From: Planktothrix sp. GU0601_MAG3 | Lineage (GTDB): Bacteria > Cyanobacteriota > Cyanobacteriia > Cyanobacteriales > Microcoleaceae | DNA length: 64,000 nucleotides | Assembly: GCA_035193785.1 (NCBI GenBank) | Contig: CP136572.1 | Coordinates: forward strand, 512,001 to 576,000 | Direction of reading: 5' to 3' | Shown here: positions 50,870 to 63,347 of the stretch, piece after piece | How the letters are laid out: each line of letters starts with the position of its first letter | Position numbering within the stretch: position 1 is the first letter of the stretch | Program-made: the position numbers and the translations under genes | The notes under the pieces: generated by a model | Databases searched by the model: none | What the model was told of the DNA's origin: nothing | The model's input: the letters and a program-made list of their open reading frames with translations, nothing else

Positions 50870-52388
50870 TTAAGAATGGCAGACAATATTTTTACCTTTA
50901 TTTTTAGCTTTATATAAGGCTTTATCTGCTTTTTTAATTAACATTTGTGGTGCTTCATCCTCCAGAGGAATTAAACTACTAACCCCTAAACTTAGGGTGA
51001 TTACACCCTGTCCGGGGGATGTTTCATGGCATAATTGCAAATTATAAACGGAGTCTCGAATGGTTTCTGCCACTTGTATCGCCCCGGTTAGGGAGGTATT
51101 TGGGAGAATCACGGCAAATTCTTCCCCACCATAACGGGCGACTAAATCCGCCGGCCGTTTGAGAGTTTGATGAAGGGCACGGGCAACTTTTTTTAAACAA
51201 TCATCCCCGGCTAAATGACCATAGGTATCGTTATATAATTTGAAATAGTCAATATCAGCTAAAATCAGGGAGAGGGGAAGTTTTTCCCGTCGGAGTCTTA
51301 GCCATTCTTGTTCTAAAACTTGATCAAATCTTCGCCGATTTGCTACTTGAGTTAAACCGTCTAAATTAGCTAGATTTTCTAATTCTCGATTAACTTGATG
51401 TAGTTGTTGATAGAGTTGGGATTGCTCGATTGCGATCGCTAATTGATCCGTGACCACTACGGCTAATTCTACATCGGTTTCCGACCAGGGAACAGAGTAA
51501 TGTCGAACAATGCTTAAACTTCCCCAAGCATCTCCATCAGAATAGACAGGAATTGGCAACCAAATTCTCGAATATTGTTCAATTAAATCCTGATGACAGG
51601 GATCAATAACTGTTTCTGGATCTTTCACACAAAAGGTTTGTAATAATTGTAGACGTTCTGTTAATAAACAACCGGGATTAGATAATTTAGTATTAATTAA
51701 TTTAGCTAGATCAGAATTGGGGAAATATTCAACAATGGGTTGCCAGCTATCGGATTGAGATTGAGATAAATGTTGAACAATTGCCACCCAATCTGCCTGT
51801 AATAGTTGACCAATTTCGGTGACCGCCGTAGAAAATACGGTTGATATTTCCAGGGAATTACGAATCGCTCGAATTACTCGATTTAAGGCTTGTTCCCGTT
51901 GATATTGTAACCTTAAAGCCTCTTGAGCCTGTTCCCGTTCTAAAATTTCAAGCTCAAGTTGTTTTTTGTGCCATTGAATGGTGAGTTGATTTTTTACCCG
52001 AGCTAATACTTCTTCAACCTGAAAAGGTTTAGTAATATAATCTGAAACCTCCTACGCTAAATGCTTTAACCTTATCTAAGCCATCGCTTAAAGCACTGAG
52101 AAAGATAATCGGAATATCCCGAGTTATCAGATCCTTTTTTAAGATTTGACACAATTGATAACCCGATAAATCGGGCATGAGAATATCTAGTAAAATCAAG
52201 TCGGGAGGGCTCTTTTTAATGGTCTCCAGAGCTTCGTAACCATTACTAACGGCCCGAACTTTATAGCCATTTTCTCGCAGGAGATTGACCAAGAGCCTTA
52301 AATTTGCTAGTGTATCATCAATAACTAGCAAATCTGCCCTGGGTGCAAAATTATAAGATACATACATTCGCTCTAGTTCAGCTAACAT
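50870..52388 (-). CDS. Receiver-GAF-GGDEF diguanylate cyclase; frameshift at 52044
   Basis: LLDILMPD receiver; joins as VGGSDYITKPF; GAF; DGLTQVANRR, ARYGGEEF. Confidence 0.92.
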
Positions 52389-52888
52389 AATAAACCTCAG
52401 ATTAAATTGTAGTTAATCCACTTATCTGAGATTGCTCTCCATTATACCCAGATTAGAGACCCTGGTTTGATTATTTATTCTATCTTAATCTGTTCTGAAC
52501 CAAAGTAAAGTTAACCATTCTCCAAAGGTATAGGTTTAAATTATTTTTATTTAGTTTACTGGGACTCCCCGAAACTTTGTGTAATCTGGGCAAAAATTTT
52601 ATCCTGGTATTTACTATGAATTATTGCCCATTGGCAAAATCCTAAACATAAATTTCTCAAATCAACAGCCCTTTTATTAGTAATAGGTACAATCTTAGGA
52701 ATCGGTTTCAGGAATTATAGCACTACGCATTACAGCCAGGATAATTCTAAATCCAGCAAACTCATTCACTATTGTAAAATTAATGTGAAGATATGATCAA
52801 ATATTGCCAATGATCTGAAATCAAGCTATAATGTTGGCACGGGTGTTATTACTCAGGGCATCTAACAGTTTATTAGGTCAGGAAAAAA

Positions 52889-55160
52889 TTGATTAGCAAA
52901 TCTTATCACACTTCCGGCCTGTCTACGGGTAGCTCCTTTTCTAATTCCTTGGGAGTGACAGCAGAGGTTATCCATGAGTTTTTCCTGCATGGAGTACAAA
53001 CCTCCAGTCCAGAAGCCGTTTTGGATAGCTTTGAACAACTATTCTTTTACCTGCTGTGTCCAAGCCAGCCAGAGGTAAAAGGGGCGTTAGAAAAGATTTT
53101 GAGTGAGGAAACCGGGGAATCTTGCTTTCACTCGACGATTCAAAGATGTTGCTATATTCTGATTAATAATTGGCTACTTAAACGTCAACAAAGGTTGATT
53201 CAAAACCTGTTCCAAATATTATCAAACCCTCCCGACGTTAATCAGACTTGTTTGTCAGTTCAAGAAAACCGACTAACTATATGGCTGCACAAATTTTTAA
53301 GCAGTGAAAATTATCAAAAATTACTCCAATGTGCGAATTTTGATCGAAATAATTGGAGTAGCCGTTATCAATCCTATTTATTAGTTCCTCAATATCTTAA
53401 TCCTCGCAGTTCTAGGGAACAAAAAGAAGTCGCTCGCAATTTATCAAAACAGCTTAAAGATAAATATAAATTTGATTTGGCGATGTATATTACCCGTTTA
53501 GACTCTCCCTCGGGTAAAAATCACAAACTGCATAATCCCACCAAACTCGGGGATGAGGTGATTAATTTAATTAAACAAACAATTTCTACTCAGCGTGTGT
53601 TTAATTATGGCACTCAGGCTAACTTGTTTTTACAAAATACTCAAGATTTTAATTATCAAAGATTTAAACAATGTTTGCCACAATATTTGATGTTTAATCT
53701 GAGTCAGCAGTATCCGGCGAATGTTCTCAGGGAAAAAATAGAAGAAAAACTGCAATCTCTTTACCGTATCCACGATGATAAAACTATTAATCAGGCTCTA
53801 ATTATTAGAACCTGTAACCGACTGCTGGAGTTTTTACTGCTGGAAACCGGGGAAAGACCCCTCGTTTTTATTTAATTTAATGATTCGTCGGGGAAGTCAA
53901 CTGACTTTAGTAATTTTACTGCTGAAATTAGTATTATTAGGGAGTCCCTGTCGAACCTATTTAGATATTTGTATTGCCAATTTGGTTCAATTCTATCAAG
54001 ACCATGCGGAATTACGGTGTCAGGGCCTAATTCAATTTTTAGAAATTTTTAATTTAGTTTTTACCCTATTTACAGAAAATATTCAATATTTTTTAGTCAA
54101 AACTAAAGATTTAGATCCCGTAACTCAGTCGGGAACAGAATTGGACACCTATCGTTTATTTTGTCAATTTAAAGGGCCAGATTTACGCCATACCAATCCC
54201 AAAGAAATTGAGTTAAAAGGTCGGGATTTACGCAGTGCAGATTTGCGCGATACAGATTTAAAATCTATCAAACTCATTCGAGTAGATTTAAGTCTGGCTA
54301 AACTCAGCCATGCGGATTTAAGTCAAGGAATTTTTACAGAAACTAAATTTTTTATTTCTAATCTTAATTATACGAATCTTACCCATGCTGATTTAGTCAA
54401 AACAGATTTTCGTCGGGCTGAATTGAAGCACGCCAATTTAAACGCTACAAATTTGCAACAAGCTAATTTTAATCGTGCTGATTTAAGATGGGCTACTATC
54501 ACAAAAGCGAATTTACAAGAAGCGAATTTAGAAAATACTGATTTAACTGAAGTGGATTTATCGGCATCAAATTTACAAGGGGCTAACCTGAATCGAGCTA
54601 ATTTAAAAGGAGCTAATTTAAAAGGGACTAACTTAAAAGGGGCTAATTTGAAAAGAGCGAATCTGGAGGGGGTAAATCTGGAGGGGGCAAATCTGGAGGG
54701 GGCAAATCTGGAGGGGGCGAATCTGGAAAATTCTAATTTAAAAGATGCTATTTTAGAGCGAGCAATTTTATCTCAAGCCAATCTACAATCCACAGATTTA
54801 TCTAATGTAAATTTCATGGCTGCCATGGTTAATCAAGCCAATTTAAGTCAATCGATTTTAGTTAAAGCCCAACTGAGAGATACTAATTTAGCTCAAAGTA
54901 ATCTGAGTTATGCTGATTTAACAAAAGTAGATTTAACTCGGGCTAATTTAATGCAGGTTGATTTTACTTGTGCGTCCTTAAGGGATGCAATTGTTCGTCA
55001 TACTAATCTCAAAGATGCTATTTTATTATACGCCGATTTACAGGGTGCTAATCTGTTTTGCAGTGGGATTTCCCAAGCACAAATTGTGGGGGTTAAATTA
55101 GGGAATAATGCGGGATTATCAGATCAAACTCGCATTTTCCTAAATGGACAGGAGATTTAA
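52889..55160 (+). CDS. Cyanobacterial helical N-terminal domain fused to a long pentapeptide-repeat region; frameshift at 53843
   Basis: RCCYILINNW and NPTKLGDE motifs; joins as LLEPGKDPSFLFNLMIRRG; then many A(N/D)Lxx repeats. Confidence 0.8.
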
Positions 55161-55169
55161 TTCAACAAC

Positions 55170-55330
55170 GTAGTAAGGCGTTTCACGCCTCTATGTAGTA
55201 AGGCGTTCACGCCTCTATGTAGTAAGGCGTTCACGCCTCTATGTAGTAAGGCGTTCACGCCTCTATGTAGTAAGGCGTTCACGCCTCTATGCACAACAAC
55301 GGGTAGAGACGCGCCGTGGCTCGTCTCTAC
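55170..55330. repeat. Five tandem copies of a 24-bp GTAG-REP-like unit GTAGTAAGGCGTTCACGCCTCTAT, plus a GTAGAGACG...CGTCTCTAC palindrome
   Basis: Copies start at 55170 (25 bp, extra T), 55195, 55219, 55243 and 55267; hairpin AGGCG-TTCA-CGCCT; palindrome at 55303-55330. Confidence 0.88.
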
Positions 55331-55344
55331 TCTGGGGGGTAGAA

Positions 55345-55449
55345 TTAAATCAGTTTAACTGCACGCAGGGTAAACATGATTCCTGCGGCTGCAACTAAAG
55401 CACCCACATAAATGATAACGTAGGCGATCGCGCCATCGGCTGTAATCAT
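55345..55449 (-). CDS. petL: Cytochrome b6f subunit PetL (absent from the ORF track)
   Basis: GGAG RBS, MITADGAIAYVIIYVGALVAAAGIMFTLRAVKLI*: single TM helix with the LRAVKLI C-terminus. Confidence 0.85.
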   Translation of the reverse strand: MITADGAIAYVIIYVGALVAAAGIMFTLRAVKLI

Positions 55450-55562
55450 TAGACATCTCCATAAACATTACTCTATTGAATCATGAGTGATCATTCTGTG
55501 ACTATCCGTAACGGGTTAAAAATAGAATACAATTTTTAGAAATAACTTGATGAGGGGAAAAA

Positions 55563-56672
55563 ATGGATTCGATTATTAGAGTAAATTTAGGTTCATTATC
55601 CTATAATATTGCTATCGGTGCTGGAAATTTAGACAGATTAGGGGAGGAGATGACCTCCTTAAATTTAGGTAAAAAAGTATTATTAGTTTCTAACCCGGAA
55701 ATCTTTAATTATTATGGAGAACGCACCCGCACGGCTTTAGAAAAAGCGGGGTTTGATGTGGCTATTTGTACCCTGCCCGCCGGAGAAGAATATAAAACCC
55801 CCGAAACCCTGCAAACAATTTATGATGCGGCGTTGAAACATAAATTAGAACGTTCCTCCACGATGGTTGCTTTAGGGGGAGGAATTATTGGAGATATGAC
55901 CGGATTTGCGGCGGCGACGTGGTTACGGGGGATTAATGTTGTGCAGGTTCCGACATCTTTATTAGCGATGGTCGATGCTTCTATTGGGGGGAAAACCGGG
56001 GTAAATCATCCCCAGGGAAAAAATTTAATTGGGGCGTTTCATCAACCCAAATTAGTCTTAATTGATCCAGATGTTTTGCTAACCCTTCCAGAACGAGAAT
56101 TTCGGGCGGGAATGGCAGAAGTGATTAAATATGGTGTGATTTGGGATCATAAATTATTTGACAAATTAGAACAATCCCAAAACTTAGATAATATTCAATC
56201 TTTAGATAGTGGATTGTTACAAGAAATTTTAACCCGTTCCTGTCAAAGTAAAGCCGATGTGGTGAGTCAGGATGAAAAAGAATCCGGGTTAAGAGCCATT
56301 TTGAATTATGGTCATACCATTGGTCATGCGGTTGAAAGTTTAACCGGATATACCGTGGTCATTCATGGGGAAGCGGTGGCAATTGGTATGGTCGCCGCCA
56401 GTCAAATTGCGCTGAAATTAGGATTATGGGATGAAGATAGCGATCGCCGTCAATTGGAGATTATGGAAAAGGCGAAATTACCGACCCAACTCCCCCCCGG
56501 ACTCAAGATTGATGAAATTTTAGAGAGTCTACAAACGGATAAAAAAGTTAAAGCTGGAAAAGTCCGATTTGTCTTAGCGACTCGCATTGGAGCCGCAACG
56601 GTAACAGATATTGTCACTTCTGATATAATCCGTCAGGTATTAGAAAATTCTCCCGTTCGTTGTCCGGCTTAA
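55563..56672 (+). CDS. aroB: 3-dehydroquinate synthase
   Basis: [44 protein letters not shown]. Confidence 0.97.
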   Translation: MDSIIRVNLGSLSYNIAIGAGNLDRLGEEMTSLNLGKKVLLVSNPEIFNYYGERTRTALEKAGFDVAICTLPAGEEYKTPETLQTIYDAALKHKLERSSTMVALGGGIIGDMTGFAAATWLRGINVVQVPTSLLAMVDASIGGKTGVNHPQGKNLIGAFHQPKLVLIDPDVLLTLPEREFRAGMAEVIKYGVIWDHKLFDKLEQSQNLDNIQSLDSGLLQEILTRSCQSKADVVSQDEKESGLRAILNYGHTIGHAVESLTGYTVVIHGEAVAIGMVAASQIALKLGLWDEDSDRRQLEIMEKAKLPTQLPPGLKIDEILESLQTDKKVKAGKVRFVLATRIGAATVTDIVTSDIIRQVLENSPVRCPA

Positions 56673-56881
56673 AACGGGAAAACGTCATATTCATGTCATC
56701 GAATTGACACATTAACTTCATATCCTGACGATAATCTATAAATCAAAGACAAGTTAACTCCTCACACCCAAATCACGTTTCGTTTCCTCACCACTGGCTC
56801 ATCACCGGTGGATTTTTTTTGCTTGATTATTTGTCGTAGTACACTGGAAAACACTGCACTTAAACTGGGCTAAACTCACCC

Positions 56882-57910
56882 ATGAGAAAATGGACTCCGA
56901 TTCTACTGTTAACCCTCTATTTACTGGCGGTGGGGGTAACAATTGGACTGAAAAATCAAGATTGGATTGTGGCTCAGGGGATGACATTATGGCAACAACA
57001 GCCCACTCCTGCAACCTTTGAGCGGGTGATGGCGGAAACAGTCTCTCCCCCCCCAGAACCCGCAGAGGCGAAACTGGTGGCCGATGAGAAGCCCCCGGAA
57101 CCGCCCAAGGAGAAGGAGCCAGAACCAGAAACCATAGTTAATGTTAATAATATTCCTGTACCTGGAACCTGCGCCCTACAACCCGACCCGAACCCGCCAG
57201 TTAATGGTAGACCTGGGCCACCTGTTAATCCCGTGACCTTATATCGGTTTCGCCGACCAACGGATGTACAAACGGCCAATCTTCAAGGGGGGGCGGGTTA
57301 CACTCCGAATGAATATCAGGCCATGGCGAATGGGACGAATTACGGACAGCGATTTTTATATGATATTAATGGCCAAGCGGTGAATAATGCCCCGATTGTG
57401 GTGCTCCATGAAACCGTATCGGATGTTTATAGTGCGGTGAATTTGTTTCAAAATCCCCAAGCTTCGGAGGATAATCAAGCCAGTTATCATACTTTAATTA
57501 TGTTAACGGGGGATATTGTTTATATTGTTCCCCCGGATTTGAGGGCTTTTGGTGCGGGTAATTCGGTATTTGTTAGTCCAACGGGAACGGAAACCGTAAA
57601 AACCCATCCCAAACGTCCTGCTTCGGTGAATAATTTTGCATATCATGTTTCTTTAGAAACCCCTGCGGATGGTCGAAATAATGCTAATTCTCACAGTGGT
57701 TATACCACCGCCCAATATCAATCTTTAGCCTGGTTAATAGCAAAAACTGGAGTTCCTGATGCTCGAATTACAACCCATGCGGCGGTTGACCGTTCGGGAG
57801 AAAGGCGAGATCCTAGAAGTTTTGATGCTCAACTGTTTTCGCAATATTTACAATCAATACCCCGGACTCAGGAAATTATGATTAGTTGTCAATCTGCCTA
57901 TCTGAATTAA
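56882..57910 (+). CDS. N-acetylmuramoyl-L-alanine amidase (Amidase_2) with signal anchor and Pro-rich linker
   Basis: IVVLHET, ASYH, AFGAG, VNNFAYHVSLE, ITTH..VD....DP. Confidence 0.85.
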   Translation: MRKWTPILLLTLYLLAVGVTIGLKNQDWIVAQGMTLWQQQPTPATFERVMAETVSPPPEPAEAKLVADEKPPEPPKEKEPEPETIVNVNNIPVPGTCALQPDPNPPVNGRPGPPVNPVTLYRFRRPTDVQTANLQGGAGYTPNEYQAMANGTNYGQRFLYDINGQAVNNAPIVVLHETVSDVYSAVNLFQNPQASEDNQASYHTLIMLTGDIVYIVPPDLRAFGAGNSVFVSPTGTETVKTHPKRPASVNNFAYHVSLETPADGRNNANSHSGYTTAQYQSLAWLIAKTGVPDARITTHAAVDRSGERRDPRSFDAQLFSQYLQSIPRTQEIMISCQSAYLN

Positions 57911-57921
57911 AATAGTTATAG

Positions 57922-57964
57922 TAGGGAATAGGGAATAGGGAACAGGGAACAGCTAATAGGGAAC
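57922..57964. repeat. Heptamer STRR (GGGAATA/GGGAACA)n
   Basis: Read directly. Confidence 0.7.
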
Positions 57965-57986
57965 CACCAAAATTTTTAAGGATACT

Positions 57987-58233
57987 ATGCAAGTTAAAGG
58001 GATAAAAAGAGGCAAAACAATTGAATTATTGCAAGATATTGACCTACCTGACGGCGTGGAAATTACCGTTGAAGTTAAAACAGTACCAATTTTAAGTTTA
58101 TCGGAAACGCCTGAACCGTTTAAGAGTTATTTTTGGAGCTTGGCAAAATCAACCAGAACTCGATGAGATTTTTTCAGAAATAGATAAAGAACGCCATGAC
58201 TATCAAGGCAGAAAAATGATTGATTTTGATTGA
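57987..58233 (+). CDS. Putative antitoxin (about 81 aa), absent from the ORF track; frameshift at 58104
   Basis: MQVKGIKRGKTIELLQDIDLPDGVEITVEV...LSERLNRL..IFGAW..QPELDEIFSEIDKERH; directly precedes a PIN start. Confidence 0.65.
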
Positions 58234-58237
58234 AACT

Positions 58238-58345
58238 ATGTATTTACTAGACACTAATATTTGTATTGCCTTATTAAAAAATAATCCTCTGGCTGTTTCT
58301 GAGTTTACCGTCAAAACAGAGAGATCATACCTGTCTACATTAATA
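58238..58345 (+). pseudogene. N-terminal remnant of a VapC/PIN toxin
   Basis: MYLLDTNICIALLK...YLSTLI, then similarity is lost where it meets the convergent NFACT gene. Confidence 0.65.
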
Positions 58346-60076
58346 TCACAACGCAATTTTTGCCTGGTGAGGAATGCCCCAAATCACGGTTTCATGTTTA
58401 TAAATTACCATCCCAGGTTTAGCCCCTTTGGGTTTATAAACGTGCTTAGGTTTAGTATAAATAACCGGAACTTGTTCACTATTTCTAGCCCGACTATAAT
58501 AGGCTGCTAAATTAGCGGTAAACTGTAAATCAATATCATCAGCCACCTGCCCGGGATTTAATCTTAATAATACATGACTTCCGGGGATTTCTTGAGTATG
58601 AAACCACAAATCATAATCCGTTGCTAGTTTAAAGGTTAACTGATCATTTTGACGATTATTTCTACCAATTATAACCTCAATTCCGTTGGGGGTTTGATAA
58701 CGATGGAATTCTGTGGATAAAGTAGCATTAGGACTGCGATAATCAGGAATATTAATATACCCCTGTTGAATTAACTCCTCTCGGATTTCAGCCAAGGTTT
58801 GTAAATCTTCGGCGGTTTGATAGGTTTCAACTAAACTAATCGCTGACTCGACTTGTTCTAAATAGTTGATTTCGGTTTTAACTTCATTTAAAAGTGGTTC
58901 AACGGCAATTCTCGCCCGTTTTAACTTTTGATGTCGTTTATATAAACTTTGAGCGTTTTGGACGGCATTACTCTCTGGATTTAAGGGTATTTTAACCGGG
59001 TTTCCCGTCTCAAAATCCGGTAACTGAATCTCTTTCATCCCTGGTTTCCACTCGTGCAGAAAAGCCATTAATAAATCTGCTTTTGCCCGATAATCGTCAG
59101 CTTGATCGGATTGTTGTAACCGTTGAATAAATTGATCCGCTTTAACTTGTAATTTAGTTAAAACGCTATTAATTTTTTGACTAACTTGATGACGCAGTTG
59201 CTGAAATTCCTGTTGATTTAATTGATTTGTATAATAGGTATTCAGTAAAATTTGAACCGATTTAACTTCAGAAATATTTTCTAAATTCCAAGGAATAATA
59301 TCATAGCCCTTTGCGGTATAATAGGGAATAAAATTATTATTTTCTAGGGTTTTTAGCCAAGTTTGCCAACTTTTAAATAATTGATTCCAGTCTTCTGTAG
59401 TTAAAGTATCAGTGGGTTGAGTCGGATCTAAATTAGCCGCTTCAATCATTGCTTGAACTAAGCCAGAACTTAAACCTCGATAGTTTTTTAACAGTTGTTT
59501 TTTTAACGCACTGGGAATTAAACTAACCCGTTCTTGCCAACGGGATTGATCTTCATTTAAACTCGGAATTGGTTCGGTTAATTTAGGGGGAAGTTCATAG
59601 AATTGATTGGTTAAAATCGGTCGAACACTCGATTGTTGTAAATTGACTTGATGGGCAGCCGTAACAATAATATTATCCGATCCTGTTAAAATAATATTAC
59701 TATATTTTCCCATAATTTCCACATACAAATGCCACAGGGGATCATCCCCGGGACGGTGGGAAAATTGCAGATCTAAAATTCTTTCCCAGGGGTCAACTTG
59801 CCGAATTTCAACTAATGCTAATCCCGCCAATTGATGCCGAAGTTGATCACTAAAAGTAAAGGTATCGGGAATGCGAGGAGGGGAATCTCCGATGCAAATT
59901 CTCGCCGCTTGGGGATGCCAAGAAATATCAAGCCAGCCTCGACGGTTTAGGGTGCGTAACCCCAAAGAAATGGTAAAGCGATCGCGTTGATACACCTGTT
60001 CTAACCGCGCTGGAAGCCAGTCTTGTCGCAGTTCACCACAACTGGCGATTAATGTTGTTAAATCAAAAGATTGCAT
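58346..60076 (-). CDS. NFACT/FbpA family ribosome quality-control protein (RqcH-like)
   Basis: LYVEIMGKYSNIIL, NAQSLYK..QKLK, GRNNRQND.L, WFH....GSHV, KPKGAKPGMV.Y. Confidence 0.9.
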   Translation of the reverse strand: MQSFDLTTLIASCGELRQDWLPARLEQVYQRDRFTISLGLRTLNRRGWLDISWHPQAARICIGDSPPRIPDTFTFSDQLRHQLAGLALVEIRQVDPWERILDLQFSHRPGDDPLWHLYVEIMGKYSNIILTGSDNIIVTAAHQVNLQQSSVRPILTNQFYELPPKLTEPIPSLNEDQSRWQERVSLIPSALKKQLLKNYRGLSSGLVQAMIEAANLDPTQPTDTLTTEDWNQLFKSWQTWLKTLENNNFIPYYTAKGYDIIPWNLENISEVKSVQILLNTYYTNQLNQQEFQQLRHQVSQKINSVLTKLQVKADQFIQRLQQSDQADDYRAKADLLMAFLHEWKPGMKEIQLPDFETGNPVKIPLNPESNAVQNAQSLYKRHQKLKRARIAVEPLLNEVKTEINYLEQVESAISLVETYQTAEDLQTLAEIREELIQQGYINIPDYRSPNATLSTEFHRYQTPNGIEVIIGRNNRQNDQLTFKLATDYDLWFHTQEIPGSHVLLRLNPGQVADDIDLQFTANLAAYYSRARNSEQVPVIYTKPKHVYKPKGAKPGMVIYKHETVIWGIPHQAKIAL

Positions 60077-60187
60077 AATATTTTCCCGATCGCCTTAACC
60101 ATTACCCATTGTCTCATTATTTTTCCCCACCTGACCTAATCTTTCAAAATCAGATTATTTGAGAGAAAAATCTCCCGCTTTAACCCG

Positions 60188-62111
60188 TTAAACTGTTCCC
60201 TGCTGTAAATAAAATTGAAACCGTTGCTGCATTTGTTCTATTGTTAGTTTTTGTGTCCAATATTCCACCAAAGCATGACCAAATGCCCAAGCATTTTTTT
60301 CCGGGGGATTGGGATTTTCTAAAAGTAACGGCCAGAGAGATAGTAAATCAAAATTAATCGGATCAGACTCTCCTGAATTTAACAATAAAAATAAGTCATA
60401 GGCCATCTGTAATTTGCCAATCACCACGGGTAATTGTTCAACCGGAATTTTTTCTGCGAGTAATAATGCTAAAGTAGGTGATCCTGTGGCCAAGGTGGAA
60501 ATAAAACTCAGAATTGGACTTTTTAATAAAGCCGCTAATCCTTGAGTTGTTGCCATTTGAAAAGTATAATGATCAATTATTTTAGCCGTTGCTAAAATCC
60601 GAGCTTCTTGATTTTGTAAAAATCGAGCTAAACGCATTTGTTTAGCGGGATTAATCGTTTCTAAAATGGCAATTGATAACCAATCTACCCCCCAAGGTTG
60701 GCGCTGGGTTTGACTATCTTGGGTAACAATTGGTAACACGCGATCGCAATATTCTCCTAACTGTTCTAATCGGTATTCTGTGGCTTCTCGAATCGCTTTT
60801 TCTTTCGGAAGATTTCCCCACTGCCAATCATAGGGTGGTTGCCATTCGCGGATGGGACGTAAGCGATCAACTTGGGTAACAATTGTAATAACTGGTAACT
60901 CTAATTCCTGTTGTTTAATCTCGCGTAAAAAATCCACATCCATCTGCAAAGCTGGGTCAAGGGCGGGAGTAACTAATAATAATAAATCGGCGTTAGTTGC
61001 ATAGTCTAAAACCTGTTCTCGTAATTCAGGATGATTCACCTGTTCATAACCCGGAGTATCCCACAAATTCAGGCTTTCTCCGGCGTCGGTTTGCCACTGA
61101 TAATTTTGGATCTGATCGGTACTGGGTAAGACATCGACGACGGCTTGATCCATTTGAAATAAGGTATTAATCAAACTACTTTTTCCCGCCCCTGTACGGC
61201 CAACTAAGAGCAAATTAACGGGTTTTTGTTCTAAGGTTTCAATCGGTTCTGTCGTTGTTAGAATATCCCGAATGGTTTGGGTTTTTGCTTGAGGAAAGGA
61301 AAGATTATTAACGGAAAATTCCGTTGTGGGTAAGGTGTCTCCACCGTAAAGAGTGATCGCTTGACAGCACAAATTTCTCAAAGCCACTTCCCGTAAAGAT
61401 TGACCTAAATTAACTAATAGTTGTTGTGTGGCTTGATTGGTGGTTTTTTGAGTCGAAACCCGCGCCAAAGCGGATACTGGATTTAACAGCCATTGCGCCC
61501 AATTCCAGACTTTTAAAAGTTTACGCGCCGAGGGTTCTAACTTCTGATAAACTTGATAGGTTTGATAGGCTTGTCCAACGGTTACTTGATTTAAAGCTGG
61601 AGATAATTTTTGGATTAATTTATCTAAATCATCCATAGTTCCCCGCATTAATTGATAGGCTTGGGGAATATAAATACTCAAAATAGGATATTGAACTTCA
61701 GGATGATAAATATTAGCTACGGTTGTCACTACTTCTTGACAGCGTTTCCAAAAAATTGAACTATCTTCCCAAATTAGCGGATCATTCTGGGCTGCTTTTA
61801 AAATTTCTTGTAGGGCTATTTCGACTTGATTAATATTGGGATTTGTAGAAGGTTGTAATCTCGATTGATCTAAGGATGATTCTAGTTCTTGATTGAATTT
61901 AGCGGTGATGGCTTCCATCTCTTTAAACATTGGTTGAGTCCATCGAAACTAATAACCAACGCCAACCGACAAACATTAGGGTAAATACGGCCCAAATCCA
62001 ATTTATTCCCCAATAATGAATCGTGACCCCCGCCGCCGTTAGCAAAAAAATCACAATCATTGCCATCGGCGTGATCAATACCATCCATTGCCATTGTTTG
62101 AGTCTAATCAT
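60188..62111 (-). CDS. Membrane-anchored GTPase (MMR_HSR1/YcjF-like); frameshift at 61945
   Basis: Two N-terminal TMs; joins as RWLLVRWTQPMFKE; GRTGAGKSS, DTPG, TQVD. Confidence 0.82.
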
Positions 62112-62246
62112 CGTTGCTTCCTCAAAATTTATAGACTATTGTTAAAGATAGATCATTCAATCGGAATTTAACCGATTAAGAAAGTGCGATTGTAAGTCAA
62201 CAAGATCCGCTAAAATGTTAATGTTGACTAAAATTGAGTCGTTCCA

Positions 62247-63330
62247 ATGGATAATTTACCCCCAGATTCTCAGGATAGTGCTTTTTGGAACCAGATTAGC
62301 ACAAATGGTTTAGTGCGATTTTTATTATTTTTTGCCTCTGGATGGGCATTAATTTTAATTTTTAACTATTTTGAAAGTATCTTTTTTACCTTTATTTTAG
62401 CTGCTATTTTTGCGTTTCTTCTCAACTATCCTGTGCGATATTTAGAACGCTATTTGGGTCGAGGATTTGCGTTAGGAATTGTCCTAGTTTTGAGTCTATT
62501 TATTGTAGTTGCAACCGGGTTATCCCTGGGAACAATGTTTTTCAATCAGTTTCAACAACTTCTCTCCCTTGTGGTTGAAAATTTCACCTCAACCGACAAT
62601 CCGTTTGATCAATTACAAGAGTTTCTAAGCAATCGGAAAGTTAATATTAATCTCGCCCCCCTAGAATCGGAATTTAATAAATCTTTAGTAGCATTCGCCA
62701 GTGTTCTTGTCGGTGCTTTTTCTTCTTTGCCAAATACATTACTTTCATTTATTATCATTTTTGTTATTTCATTTTTCATGCTAATTGATGGTGAAAGACT
62801 ATGGTTTTTATTGTTAAAAATAATTCCTTATAGCCATCGGAGTCAGTTTTCTTTAGCTGTTAAAAGAAGTTTTTTAGGTTTCTTTCGAGGTCAACTTTTA
62901 CTCTCGCTTTTTTTGGCGATATCTAGTTTTATAGTCTATAGTATCTTGGGAATACCGTTTTCTTTATCTCTAGCGATTATTATTGGCTTATTTGATTTTA
63001 TCCCGGGAATTGGGGCAACTTTGGGAATTTTAAGCATTAGTTTAATTATTTTAATTCAAAGTGGCTGGTTTGTGATGTTAAAAGTCGTGGTCGCGAGTGT
63101 GATTTTACAGCAAATTCAGGATAATTTTATTGGCCCTAGAATTATGCAAAGTTCGGTTAATATTAACCCTGTAGTTTTGTTTTTTGCTTTAATGATTGGG
63201 GCCAGAATTGCTGGGATTTTAGGCGTATTTCTATCCGTTTCCTATTGCGGGCGTGATTGTAAACTTATTAGATATTGAAGAAATGCAATCTAAAGAGGGA
63301 AGTAAGGATTATCTGGAGACAAAATCCTAA
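62247..63330 (+). CDS. AI-2E family transporter; frameshift at 63237
   Basis: AFLLNYPV, FFRGQ, FIPGIGA, QQIQDNFIGPRIM; repaired end GVFLSVPIAGVI...ETKS*. Confidence 0.9.
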
Positions 63331-63347
63331 CCTATAAACCGGGTTTA

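Noticed and set aside
55170..55290. CRISPR array
   Set aside because: The units are head-to-tail with no unique spacers, and no cas genes are nearby.
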